Assembly: GCF_001194135.2 (NCBI RefSeq) | Contig: NC_068981.1 | Location: 98,594,160-98,639,894, forward strand | DNA length: 45,735 nucleotides | Origin: Octopus bimaculoides | Taxonomy: Eukaryota | Direction of reading: 5' to 3' | In this document: one piece after another, positions 40,501-45,735 of the stretch | How positions within the stretch are numbered: position 1 is the stretch's first letter | Layout of the letters: every line of letters starts with the position of its first letter | The notes under the pieces: model-generated | The model's database searches: none | The model's input: the letters and a program-made list of their open reading frames with translations, nothing else | What the model was told of the DNA's origin: nothing | Program-made: the position numbers and the translations under genes

Positions 40501-43500
40501 ATACTCAATCAATTATTATCCAATAACTCATTTTCTATGCTGATGCTTGAAGACAATTTAAATTTTATCATGATTGTTTAACATCTGTTTTCCATGCTGG
40601 CATGGGTTGGACAGTTTGACAGAAATCTGGAGAGCCAGCAGCTGCACCAGGCTCCAATCTGATCTGGCAATGTTTCTACAACTGGATGCCCTTCCTAATG
40701 CCAACTACCCCAAAAGTGTAGTGGGTGCTTTTTACATGCCACTGGCACAGGAGCCAGTCAGACGGGCCTGGCATCGATCACATTCGGATGGTGCTTTTTA
40801 TGTGCCACCAACATAAGAGCCAGTCAGCGGGTACTGGCATTGGCCACAATCAGTTGGTACTTTTTATGTTCCACCGGCACAGGAACCAGTCAGGCAGACC
40901 TGGCATCGACCACATTCAGATGGTGCTTTTTACATGCCACCAGTATGGGAGCCAGTGTGGGGGTACTGGCATTGGCCACGTTCGGTTGGTGCTTTTTATG
41001 TGCCACTAGCACAGGAGCCAAAAATTACATTGTGTTGATAAATGTAAAAAATTAGAATTACAGTTCTATATTTAAGAGATGAGGAATTATGTACATTTGA
41101 CAGATATTTGTCCTCATCTTGTTTGTTGTTAACACGTTTTGGCTGATATACCCTCCAGCCTTCATCTGGTGTTTTGGGGGAAATTTCGAACCTGGGTTCT
41201 CGTTCCTAAGGTATTTTTCGATGTTATTATTATTATTCAGGTCACTATTGGAATTGAACTCGGAATCTTGGGGTTAGTAGCTTGCGCTCTTAACCACTAG
41301 GCCATATGACCTGAATAATAATAATAATATCAGCCAAAATGTTGTGTTAACAACAAACAAGATGAGGACAAATATCTGTCAAATGTAAATAATGTAAAAA
41401 TTAGAGTTGTTTATGAAACTTGTCTTAATTCTTGATTATTTTAGAATTTAACTGAAATATGTAAGAGGTGCATTTTGGTTAGAAATACAGTAACGAAAGA
41501 GTTAATGTCATACAAATCCTCCTCACTAATCCCGATGAGACTTTCAGAATATTGAAGGTAGTTTATTTTAATTAATAAAGCTGATAGTTAACAATAAAAA
41601 TCATTCTTACTTGTACTTGTTTATATTTACGAATTGATTCTAAGGCTTTGACATAGCGAGTTGAAGCAAATATAGCATCAAATTTCTCCTTTAAAACTTT
41701 TCCTTCACTCAGAGGCCTATAAAAAGGTAAAAAGAAAGCACAAAAGATGTACTAAACTTGCATTTTGAAAATATAATTCTGTTTTACTGTTTTACATTCA
41801 TTTTTCCATGTTAGTTATAATAGGATGCTGTGTGAAAATACAAAGAAATAATTGAGTATGATCTTTTAAAGCATATGTTTTATAACTGGATGGTCACTCT
41901 GCTGAGAAGTATGTGAGAAGAATGTGAAGTAGCATTGTAACTTATTTGGGATATATATCTTATAGCTCATGCTCTGAATAAGAAAGTTCTTGTTTGTGTT
42001 CAATTATCTAATATCTTAACTTCAATGCCAAATAAAATGTACCCAGATTATATCAATAAAGATAATGTATGCATGTCTTTAACTTCATAACCTTTTTTTT
42101 TTTTAACAAAGAATTGAGCTTCTTTGGAAGTTTATGTCAGTGCATAACCAGTAAGTTCTGATTCATGACAATAAGTTCAGGAAAAGAAATGTTCCAAACC
42201 ACAACCAATTTACTACCACCAGCCTTTTTAACACAATCTCTTTTAATGTCCACACAATACCAAACACTTCTTACACTACATATAATCTGCTTTTGTACAG
42301 AGGAAGAAATTTTAGTGATAAAACTATAGATTTATATGGTAGGCATCTTAAATGGTCTCTTGTATCTACTGTTGCAAAAGCACATACTCAATGTATTCTA
42401 CTCTTTGCATTTGATTTTGAGCCTCAAAAAAGACACATCTCTAATAATCATATTTACAAGAACAAGAAACATGTACGCACTTTTTCATTTTCTTCCATAT
42501 ACACTGAACAGGACAGGTCTCATGACTTAATGTTTGCTTACCTATGAGATTTTATGAGTCTTGACATACACTACACAGATATGAGTGAACAAGACTCCAC
42601 CATTAGAACACAAGAATGTTCTAAACCACAATCTTCTCTATTTTGGCTTATCTGCTTTCTCAATGAAATGATCTAGTTGCATGGAGGAATTCAGAAGCTA
42701 CTCTTAAAAGCAAAAGAGAACCTTATCTATGGAAAACACTGTTGTCTCTCCATTTGATACGAAAAGGTTCTGATAAACTGAGAGCAGTATAATATCAGAT
42801 CTTTTGTTGTTTACAAAATAAACCTTGGTAAAATAGAATGAGAGAAATACAGGTATTTCAAAACAAAATCTAAATGAACAAACAAAGATACAGAGAAGAA
42901 ATTTAATTGATATTAAATCCTTAGAAAGCTGGGACTCCCAAGCAAGCAAAATGGCACATGATAGTAATAACTAAGATATGCAACTGTGTAAATTTACCAG
43001 CACGGAAAACAATAAATTTTAAAGTGGTAGTAGTTTAATGATGATAATGATGATGATAATGTGTTTAATTATACGTACCAGTTAGCCTCTTCTTGGTGAC
43101 AGAAAATGACATTTTCTAATACTGCTTTTGAGACACCCAAAGAAGTGATCATCTAAAGAGATAGAAATTAAACAAAAATATGATAAGCTGAAATGTGAGG
43201 AAACTAGTGATATTCTGCATTAACAAGTCATACATAGTTCAAACAATGAAATATGCTTTATACCATGAAGAAGGTAAGTTCAACATTTCAAATGCATCTT
43301 TCTTCAGAAAGAGAAAAAAATAAAACGTCACTAGGCTATAAAACAGCAAACAAAAAAGATTAAAGATGTGGAAAAGTGATGTCGAGGGGTAGTTGTGAAG
43401 AGAGGGATGGACGGACGGACAGATAGATAGATATGTAAAATATAAATATTAACAACAGAAGCAGTATTGATACCAAAAGCAATCTTTATATTCTACTAAA

Positions 43501-45109
43501 CATGAATGTATGATTAGGGCACTAAATACTATGATATTTCTCTTGAGAGAGATCCTTTTAGCATGGTTCTAAAAGCACAGACATATATCATAGCAGATGA
43601 GAACCATCTGGTATGGGTGTTGAAACTGCCATATCGTGATTTCGGCATACTGCACTTCTTCAATGGTAGGTATCCAGCCCTGCATACCATCCAAATCTCA
43701 CTGCCAATGACATATAGAATAATAGTGGCTTTTCAGTCACTGGGTTGCAAATAGCCATAAGATTATTGAAAAAAAAATATTAGCAATGAAAGCAATACTA
43801 ATACGAAAAGGCAATCTTTATATCATACCAAATGTGGATATAGTAGCTGAAGGAATTAAGATGAGTAGAAGATAGAATTGGCTGGCTAAAAGAAATAGAA
43901 GTTATTGAAACAGCAATAGAAGAGGCAAAGAGAGTGTAGTGGCGCGAAATTATGGCCGCCATTAAGGAAGTACAATCTACACATGCGTAAGGGACTTGCC
44001 CCTCGAGTGCGCATGCATAGTAAAACCAGTACTTAAAGCGTTACTTTCGTTTTCTAACTCTCTTCAGCATGATACCTTCGACTTGACAGTTACTTGCTCC
44101 TCTGGCATGCATCAACGAAGCTCTTAACCTTCCCATGCCGAATACAAGTTAACCAGCAGCTGCTAGGCTAAATGACACAGGATTTGTAAAACCAAGCATC
44201 ATCAAAAATAAAACTTATTTTATTATGTTGTTAATTGTTCTACTGTCTCTTAATATATAATTTTGTTGAAAAGTGATAGAGAGAGACTAATGTCTCTATT
44301 GCAACTATCAACCTTTTACAAGAGTATATAGCTCAACAATGTGCCAATGTTTGGCATGTATATAGCTCAACAATATACCTATGTTTGTTGTCCTTGCTTA
44401 GCCCAAGATCAGCATTGATTGGGTAGCCTATGATCCAAAGCATTTCAACGATGACCATTCAATCTAATTTTTTTTTTCTCAGGAATAGTGCACCCAGGAA
44501 ACACTATCTAGTATGTCCTTCCTTATTTCAAGGCAGCAGGATATAATATTAGAGAGATTTTGCTGATATTTCTTTCAGTTATTAGGCCTTCAGCAAGGCT
44601 ATATTATTTTATTTGCCTCAAACAGGCCGAATCAGAAATTTTTGCTGAATATTTTTACTAGTATGGTAAAATAGGGTTATATTTACAAAATTAACTTTAA
44701 AAAAAAAAGTCCTCAAAAAGCAGGATAAAAGATTGTGGTTTCAATTCCTGGACTGGGCAACATGCTGTCTTCTTGAGTAAAACACTTCATTTCATGTTGT
44801 TCCAGTCCACTCAGCTGGTAAAAGTGAGTAATCCTGTAACAGACCAGCATCTCGTCCAAGTGGAGAATATATAAGCTATGGAAATTGGGAAACCAGCCCT
44901 ATGAGTCTAGAGTCTATATGACTCAAGAAGGATCTTTATCATTATCCTCAAAAAGCAAGTAATTTACATTGATTTAAATTTCCAAAAAATAATGAGTGAT
45001 TTTGTACTTCTCTATTTATTTCAGCACATTTCTGAGTGAGGCTCTTGTCTCCATCAGGAGATCTTCTTGTTATAACACCATCTAAAGTTCGCGTTTCAAC
45101 TTTTTTAGC
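545..45109 (-). CDS. RAD50: DNA repair protein RAD50 (MRN complex ATPase), partial multi-exon gene: 24 exons, both ends outside the window
   Basis: 24 GT-AG exons with compatible phases join into a stop-free 2219-nt frame. It contains [17 protein letters not shown] (Q-loop region), [16 protein letters not shown], a long heptad region and the CCPLC zinc hook, colinear with human RAD50 ~106-845 as recalled. Confidence 0.97.
1040..1469 (+). mobile_element. RTE LINE 3' UTR copy
   Basis: gtggttggcgttaggaagggcatccagctgtagaaac...ccatgctagcatggaaagcagacgttaaac(GAT)n. Confidence 0.85.
2467..2620 (-). CDS. RAD50: RAD50 exon 23, 154 nt, phase 0-1
   Basis: [51 protein letters not shown] vs human [28 protein letters not shown]; ttatag / gtaagc. 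Confidence 0.95.
3347..3442 (-). CDS. RAD50: RAD50 exon 22, 96 nt, phase 0-0
   Basis: [32 protein letters not shown] vs human [26 protein letters not shown]; ttctag / gtttgt. Confidence 0.92.
4656..4762. repeat. 36-bp inverted repeat (35/36) with 35-nt loop
   Basis: Arms 4656-4691 and 4727-4762. Confidence 0.9.
5240..5760 (-). mobile_element. RTE-clade LINE C-terminal fragment
   Basis: ORF 5303-5683: [10 protein letters not shown]...[11 protein letters not shown]...QYNGHVVRM...PTGRRPK...KWLDNI. Confidence 0.85.
6078..6191 (-). CDS. RAD50: RAD50 exon 21, 114 nt, phase 0-0
   Basis: [38 protein letters not shown] vs human LQSKLRLAPDKLKSTESEL; ttgtag / gtaagt. Confidence 0.95.
6690..7030 (-). 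mobile_element. Highly decayed RTE LINE C-terminal fragment
   Basis: [10 protein letters not shown] motif followed by a stop-riddled RTE-like C-terminus. Confidence 0.6.
7585..7720 (-). CDS. RAD50: RAD50 exon 20, 136 nt, phase 2-0, zinc hook (CPLC at 7633-7644)
   Basis: (D)[45 protein letters not shown]; gtaaag / gtgagt. Confidence 0.97.
7860..8325. repeat. ~337-nt satellite-like unit, ~1.4 copies
   Basis: ACTGCATTATTTACCTTGAGAGGAT at 7910 and 8247. Confidence 0.75.
8768..8858 (-). CDS. RAD50: RAD50 exon 19, 91 nt, phase 1-2
   Basis: [29 protein letters not shown] vs human YEDKLFDVCGSQDFESDL; ctgcag / gtaaga. Confidence 0.95.
9528..9562 (-). CDS. RAD50: RAD50 exon 18, 35-nt micro-exon, phase 2-1
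   Basis: (L)[11 protein letters not shown](K) vs human NELKRKEEQLS; atgcag / gtgagt; needed to reconcile phases of exons 17 and 19. Confidence 0.88.
9711..9995. mobile_element. MITE with 24-bp TIRs, superfamily unassigned
   Basis: ATTCCCTTCAAATTTTGCTTTTGT at 9711-9734 and its reverse complement (1 mismatch) at 9972-9995. Confidence 0.75.
10885..10977 (-). CDS. RAD50: RAD50 exon 17, 93 nt, phase 2-2
   Basis: (S)[30 protein letters not shown]; ctgcag / gtaagt. Confidence 0.92.
11345..11621. mobile_element. hAT (Charlie-like) MITE
   Basis: Perfect 16-bp TIR CAGGGGTTTTCAAACT; perfect 8-bp TSD TTCTAGAG (11337-11344, 11622-11629). Confidence 0.93.
11925..12335 (-). mobile_element. Two tandem copies of the ~210-nt SINE
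   Basis: Two successive ...gaatttgaactcagaac...gattctgccagct units. Confidence 0.8.
12750..13010 (+). mobile_element. RTE-clade reverse transcriptase fragment
   Basis: [16 protein letters not shown]...CPDKF and [11 protein letters not shown] motifs with stops and frameshifts. Confidence 0.8.
13645..13731 (-). CDS. RAD50: RAD50 exon 16, 87 nt, phase 2-2
   Basis: (C)[28 protein letters not shown] vs human KSRHSDELTSLLGYFP; tattag / gtaaaa. Confidence 0.94.
14281..14476. mobile_element. hAT MITE
   Basis: TIR CAGAGGTTCCCAAAGT / AGTTTGGGAACCACTG; perfect 8-bp TSD GTTTAAAT (14273-14280, 14477-14484). Confidence 0.9.
15121..15248. other. Assembly gap (128 N) inside a (TA)n/(CA)n microsatellite
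   Basis: Run of n flanked by tatata and acatacat. Confidence 0.99.
15270..15540 (+). mobile_element. tRNA-headed SINE, further family (related ~25860-25945, 38671-38790, 44725-44935)
   Basis: gcacatggtttagtggatagg...ttgtgctcttgagcaaaacactttatctcatgttgctc shared among copies. Confidence 0.65.
15629..15665 (+). ncRNA. Degenerate minimal type I hammerhead motif
   Basis: UCUUU CUGUUGA C GAGC GUA GCUU GAA ACGU U|AAAGA: perfect 5-bp stem I, palindromic ACGU stem III, core A6 replaced by U. Confidence 0.5.
16469..16567 (-). CDS. RAD50: RAD50 exon 15, 99 nt, phase 2-2
   Basis: (D)[32 protein letters not shown] vs human [27 protein letters not shown]; tttcag / gtatga. Confidence 0.94.
18209..18321 (-). 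CDS. RAD50: RAD50 exon 14, 113 nt, phase 0-2
   Basis: [37 protein letters not shown]; ataaag / gtatgt. Confidence 0.93.
18431..18874 (+). mobile_element. RTE LINE 3' end, young copy
   Basis: Same 3' UTR as 38288-38670 with (GAT)n tail; AAGCTG at 18425-18430 and 18875-18880 as candidate TSD. Confidence 0.88.
19470..19790. repeat. Tandem repeat, 119-nt unit, ~2.7 copies
   Basis: GA(G/A)CCTTAAATCT at 19498, 19617, 19736. Confidence 0.9.
19970..20071 (-). CDS. RAD50: RAD50 exon 13, 102 nt, phase 0-0
   Basis: [34 protein letters not shown] vs human [33 protein letters not shown]; ttccag / gtaagc. Confidence 0.94.
20197..20454. mobile_element. hAT MITE nested in an RTE 3' UTR copy
   Basis: 13-bp TIR CAGTGGTTCTCAA; decayed TSD GGCTAGAC / GGTTAGAG; RTE UTR continues on both sides. 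Confidence 0.85.
20884..20988 (-). CDS. RAD50: RAD50 exon 12, 105 nt, phase 0-0
   Basis: [35 protein letters not shown]; aaatag / gtaaga. Confidence 0.92.
22418..22785. repeat. 34-bp direct repeat (33/34) flanking RAD50 exon 11
   Basis: CTGACTAAGGTCATA(T/C)ACGTGAGTACAAAGCTCA at 22418-22451 and 22752-22785. Confidence 0.9.
22555..22655 (-). CDS. RAD50: RAD50 exon 11, 101 nt, phase 1-0
   Basis: (D)[33 protein letters not shown]; tttcag / gtatgt; the only candidate found with the required phases. Confidence 0.85.
23180..24030 (+). mobile_element. Stack of 3-4 head-to-tail copies of a ~210-nt tRNA-headed SINE (single copies ~2840-3050, 8340-8510, 21950-22150, 25660-25850, 26140-26340, 28970-29185)
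   Basis: Repeated gagctggcagaattgttagca...gagttcaaattcc...gatgaaataagtaccagttgagcact...ccttgtacc...(ATT)n. Confidence 0.8.
24515..24890 (-). mobile_element. Full-length tRNA-headed SINE with CORE-like segment (family copies also near 24-175, 5840-5990, 13170-13350, 19070-19220, 25190-25475, 28170-28300)
   Basis: gtggctgtgtggtaag (A-box-like), ggttcagtcc (B-box-like), ggcaccttgggcaagtgtctt (resembles the CORE domain GTGACCTTGGGCAAGT), central (TA/TG)n, tail gaaacaagtaaaagaata. Confidence 0.8.
25546..25615 (-). CDS. RAD50: RAD50 exon 10, 70 nt, phase 0-1
   Basis: [23 protein letters not shown] vs human [23 protein letters not shown]; tttcag / gtgaga. Confidence 0.92.
26386..26487 (-). CDS. 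RAD50: RAD50 exon 9, 102 nt, phase 0-0
   Basis: [34 protein letters not shown] vs human [20 protein letters not shown]; tttcag / gtaagt. Confidence 0.94.
27014..27225 (+). mobile_element. piggyBac-like MITE
   Basis: TTAA-CCCTTTAGCATT ... AAAGGG-TTAA. Confidence 0.85.
28336..28640 (-). mobile_element. RTE LINE 3' UTR, young copy
   Basis: Near-identical reverse complement of 18690-18850; ACATGATG at 28328-28335 and 28641-28648. Confidence 0.88.
29276..29352 (-). CDS. RAD50: RAD50 exon 8, 77 nt, phase 1-0
   Basis: (G)[25 protein letters not shown]; ttacag / gtaatc. Confidence 0.9.
29598..30090 (+). mobile_element. RTE-clade LINE C-terminal fragment
   Basis: [20 protein letters not shown]...[14 protein letters not shown]...WYGHV. 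Confidence 0.85.
30449..30667 (-). mobile_element. piggyBac-like MITE, same family, opposite orientation (truncated copy also at 21146-21275)
   Basis: TTAA at 30445-30448 and 30668-30671; interior is the reverse complement of 33866-34079. Confidence 0.85.
30824..31240 (-). mobile_element. RTE LINE 3' UTR copy
   Basis: (CAT)n, then gtttaacgtctgctttccatgctagtatggg...gaatgcccttcctaacgccaaccactccgag and internal repeat units. Confidence 0.85.
31537..31614 (-). CDS. RAD50: RAD50 exon 7, 78 nt, phase 1-1
   Basis: (E)[25 protein letters not shown](G); ttttag / gtaagt. Confidence 0.9.
32467..32527 (-). CDS. RAD50: RAD50 exon 6, 61 nt, phase 0-1
   Basis: [20 protein letters not shown]; tttcag / gtaggt; length and phase fill the gap between exons 5 and 7. 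Confidence 0.85.
32645..33000 (-). mobile_element. SINE with the same CORE-like head but an RTE-type 3' tail (related copies ~4955-5200, 12570-12720, 17330-17640, 31912-32210)
   Basis: Head as at 24735-24890; tail gggttggcaacaag...gcaagcatggaaaagtagatgtt resembles the RTE 3' end. Confidence 0.7.
33066..33385. mobile_element. Tc1/mariner-pogo (Tigger-like) MITE
   Basis: TIR CAGTGGAACCTTG at both ends; TA TSD at 33064-33065 and 33386-33387. Confidence 0.88.
33866..34079 (+). mobile_element. piggyBac-like MITE, same family
   Basis: TTAA-CCCTTTAGCATTTAAACC ... AATGCTAAGGGG-CTAA. Confidence 0.85.
34321..34410 (-). CDS. RAD50: RAD50 exon 5, 90 nt, phase 0-0
   Basis: [30 protein letters not shown]; ttttag / gtaagt. 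Confidence 0.92.
34945..35655 (+). mobile_element. Older 5'-truncated RTE LINE (ORF C-terminus plus 3' UTR)
   Basis: [21 protein letters not shown] and a later RGRP-like motif, followed by the same 3' UTR family and a gatgat tail. Confidence 0.8.
36774..36842 (-). CDS. RAD50: RAD50 exon 4, 69 nt, phase 0-0
   Basis: [23 protein letters not shown] vs human [23 protein letters not shown]; tctcag / gtaagt. Confidence 0.93.
37713..38091. mobile_element. Foldback element with ~100-bp inverted arms
   Basis: Left arm 37713-37809 and right arm 37985-38091 are reverse complements apart from a 10-nt indel and a few substitutions; 175-nt spacer. Confidence 0.8.
38111..38670 (+). mobile_element. Young 5'-truncated RTE-clade LINE (ORF end, 3' UTR, (GAT)n tail)
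   Basis: Open frame [58 protein letters not shown]-stop (38111-38287), then 3' UTR and (GAT)n; ATATGGC at 38104-38110 and 38671-38677 as TSD. Confidence 0.9.
38795..39600 (+). mobile_element. Decayed Penelope-like retroelement: RT thumb, Cys-rich linker, GIY-YIG endonuclease (Naiad-like)
   Basis: Frameshifted pieces [82 protein letters not shown]...NYTGL...FKRHYVNH match the recalled PLE RT-EN domain order. Confidence 0.85.
40575..41019 (-). mobile_element. RTE LINE 3' UTR copy with ~4.5 tandem 66-nt units
   Basis: Unit starts at 40725, 40791, 40857, 40923, 40989. Confidence 0.85.
41057..41390 (-). mobile_element. tRNA-headed SINE with decayed hammerhead motif and an inverted partial copy of its own 3' end
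   Basis: A-box TGGCCTAGTGG (41304-41294), B-box-like GAGTTCAATTCC (41261-41250), (AAT)n, then CAGATGA-A-GGCTG-10nt-CAGCC-AAAAC; inverted arms 41092-41149 / 41327-41387 and 41225-41244 / 41307-41326. Confidence 0.75.
41611..41716 (-). CDS. RAD50: RAD50 exon 3, 106 nt, phase 2-0
   Basis: (W)[35 protein letters not shown]; ttatag / gtaaga. Confidence 0.97.
43079..43152 (-). CDS. RAD50: RAD50 exon 2, 74 nt, phase 0-2, Q-loop
   Basis: [24 protein letters not shown](W); ctttag / gtacgt. Confidence 0.97.
43445..43835. repeat. Related ~332-nt unit, ~1.2 copies
   Basis: GCAATCTTTATA at 43479 and 43811; shares CAACAGAAGCAGTATT.ATACCAAA and GTTGCAAATAGCCA with the 7.9-8.3 kb locus. Confidence 0.65.
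45008..45109 (-). CDS. RAD50: RAD50 exon (window exon 1), 102 nt, phase 0-0
   Basis: [34 protein letters not shown] vs human [34 protein letters not shown]; tttacag acceptor, gtacaa donor. Confidence 0.95.
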
Positions 45110-45284
45110 CTGTAAAAAGAAAGGACACCATTTGAAATTAAGGGCCTTGCTGAAGTCAGTAAGACAATTTGCTTTTTGTCTTCAACCCAAATAAAAGAGT
45201 AAAATTCCATCACTTGCTTGAAAATCAATAAGACACAAAATTCAAAGTCATAATTTTGTGAGGTATCAACTTTCATAACATTTT

Positions 45285-45436
45285 ACTATGTATGTTTGCA
45301 TTCATGCATACATACATACATGTATGTATATAATGTGTGTGTGTGTTTGTGCATATGCATGCATGTATGAATATGTGTGTGTATATATACATATATGTAT
45401 ATATTATACATATATGTATATATATATATATATATA
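45285..45436. repeat. Compound (TA)/(TG)/(CATA) microsatellite; others at 1-24 (AG)n, 11020-11057 (TG)n, 37528-37580 (TG)n(TA)n
   Basis: Directly visible. Confidence 0.95.
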
Positions 45437-45611
45437 TGTTCCGTTTACATATTTGTTTTGCAAGATTTTTGATGTGAAATCGTGTGTTGAAACAGATGTT
45501 GTTGTACTTGGGGATGGTCATATTGCCAGTTTAGCCAATAAAAACACACGCACTGTATATTTGGTGTTAATTTGCTTCAGCTTTATATTACATTAATCTT
45601 AATCTTATTTC

Positions 45612-45656
45612 GGCCAGAGTTCTTTCGGCACACTTCTGTGACCTCATCAGTGGTCC
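45612..45656 (-). ncRNA. Minimal type I hammerhead ribozyme motif with intact core
   Basis: Minus strand reads GG-A-CCA CUGAUGA GGUCAC AGAA GUGUGCC GAA AG AA CU C|UGG CC: stems I and II form, stem III is 2 bp, cleavage triplet CUC. Confidence 0.7.
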
Positions 45657-45735
45657 TTTGTTTCCTTCCTTCTTATGTGTGTCTCACCTTGCTAAATATC
45701 AGCCATTTTGTATTTTGTATTCCTATTGTATGTGT

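Noticed and set aside
40725-41019. 66-nt periodic array as a CRISPR array
   Set aside because: Whole units are homologous with no unique spacers, there are no cas genes, and the context is a eukaryotic LINE UTR.
41240-41308. tRNA gene
   Set aside because: It has A/B boxes but no complete acceptor stem and continues into a repeat body, so it is a SINE head. The same applies to the other tRNA-like heads.
42704-42949. Hydrophobic 81-aa ORF as a nested small gene (similarly 1494-1685 and 10599-10931)
   Set aside because: No recognisable motif or gene structure; such ORFs are expected by chance in T-rich intron sequence.
44324-44390. 34-nt tandem duplication (also a 26-nt one at 2188-2235)
   Set aside because: Ordinary local slippage duplications with no further structure.

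Overview
AT-rich eukaryotic genomic DNA, probably from an octopus (inferred from recalled repeat families, not from a search). The whole window lies inside one minus-strand gene, RAD50. I reconstructed 24 GT-AG exons (45109 down to 545) whose phases join into one stop-free frame of 2219 nt (739 codons + 2 nt). It aligns by eye with human RAD50 residues ~106-845: end of the N-terminal ATPase lobe with the Q-loop, the coiled coil, the CPLC zinc hook and part of the return coil. The Walker A end and the C-terminus lie outside the window. The introns are filled with mobile DNA: 5'-truncated RTE-clade LINEs (their 3' UTR is the commonest repeat), several tRNA-headed SINE families, hAT, piggyBac-like and Tc1/pogo-like MITEs with readable TIRs and TSDs, a decayed Penelope-like element, microsatellites and a 128-N gap. 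The most unusual signal is a set of minimal hammerhead-ribozyme motifs in four unrelated short repeats. One (45612-45656) has a fully intact catalytic core on the RAD50 sense strand. Two sit in elements with a Penelope-style inverted terminal duplication, and one of those has a tRNA-type Pol III head. Exon, TIR and TSD coordinates were counted by hand; repeat boundaries are approximate.
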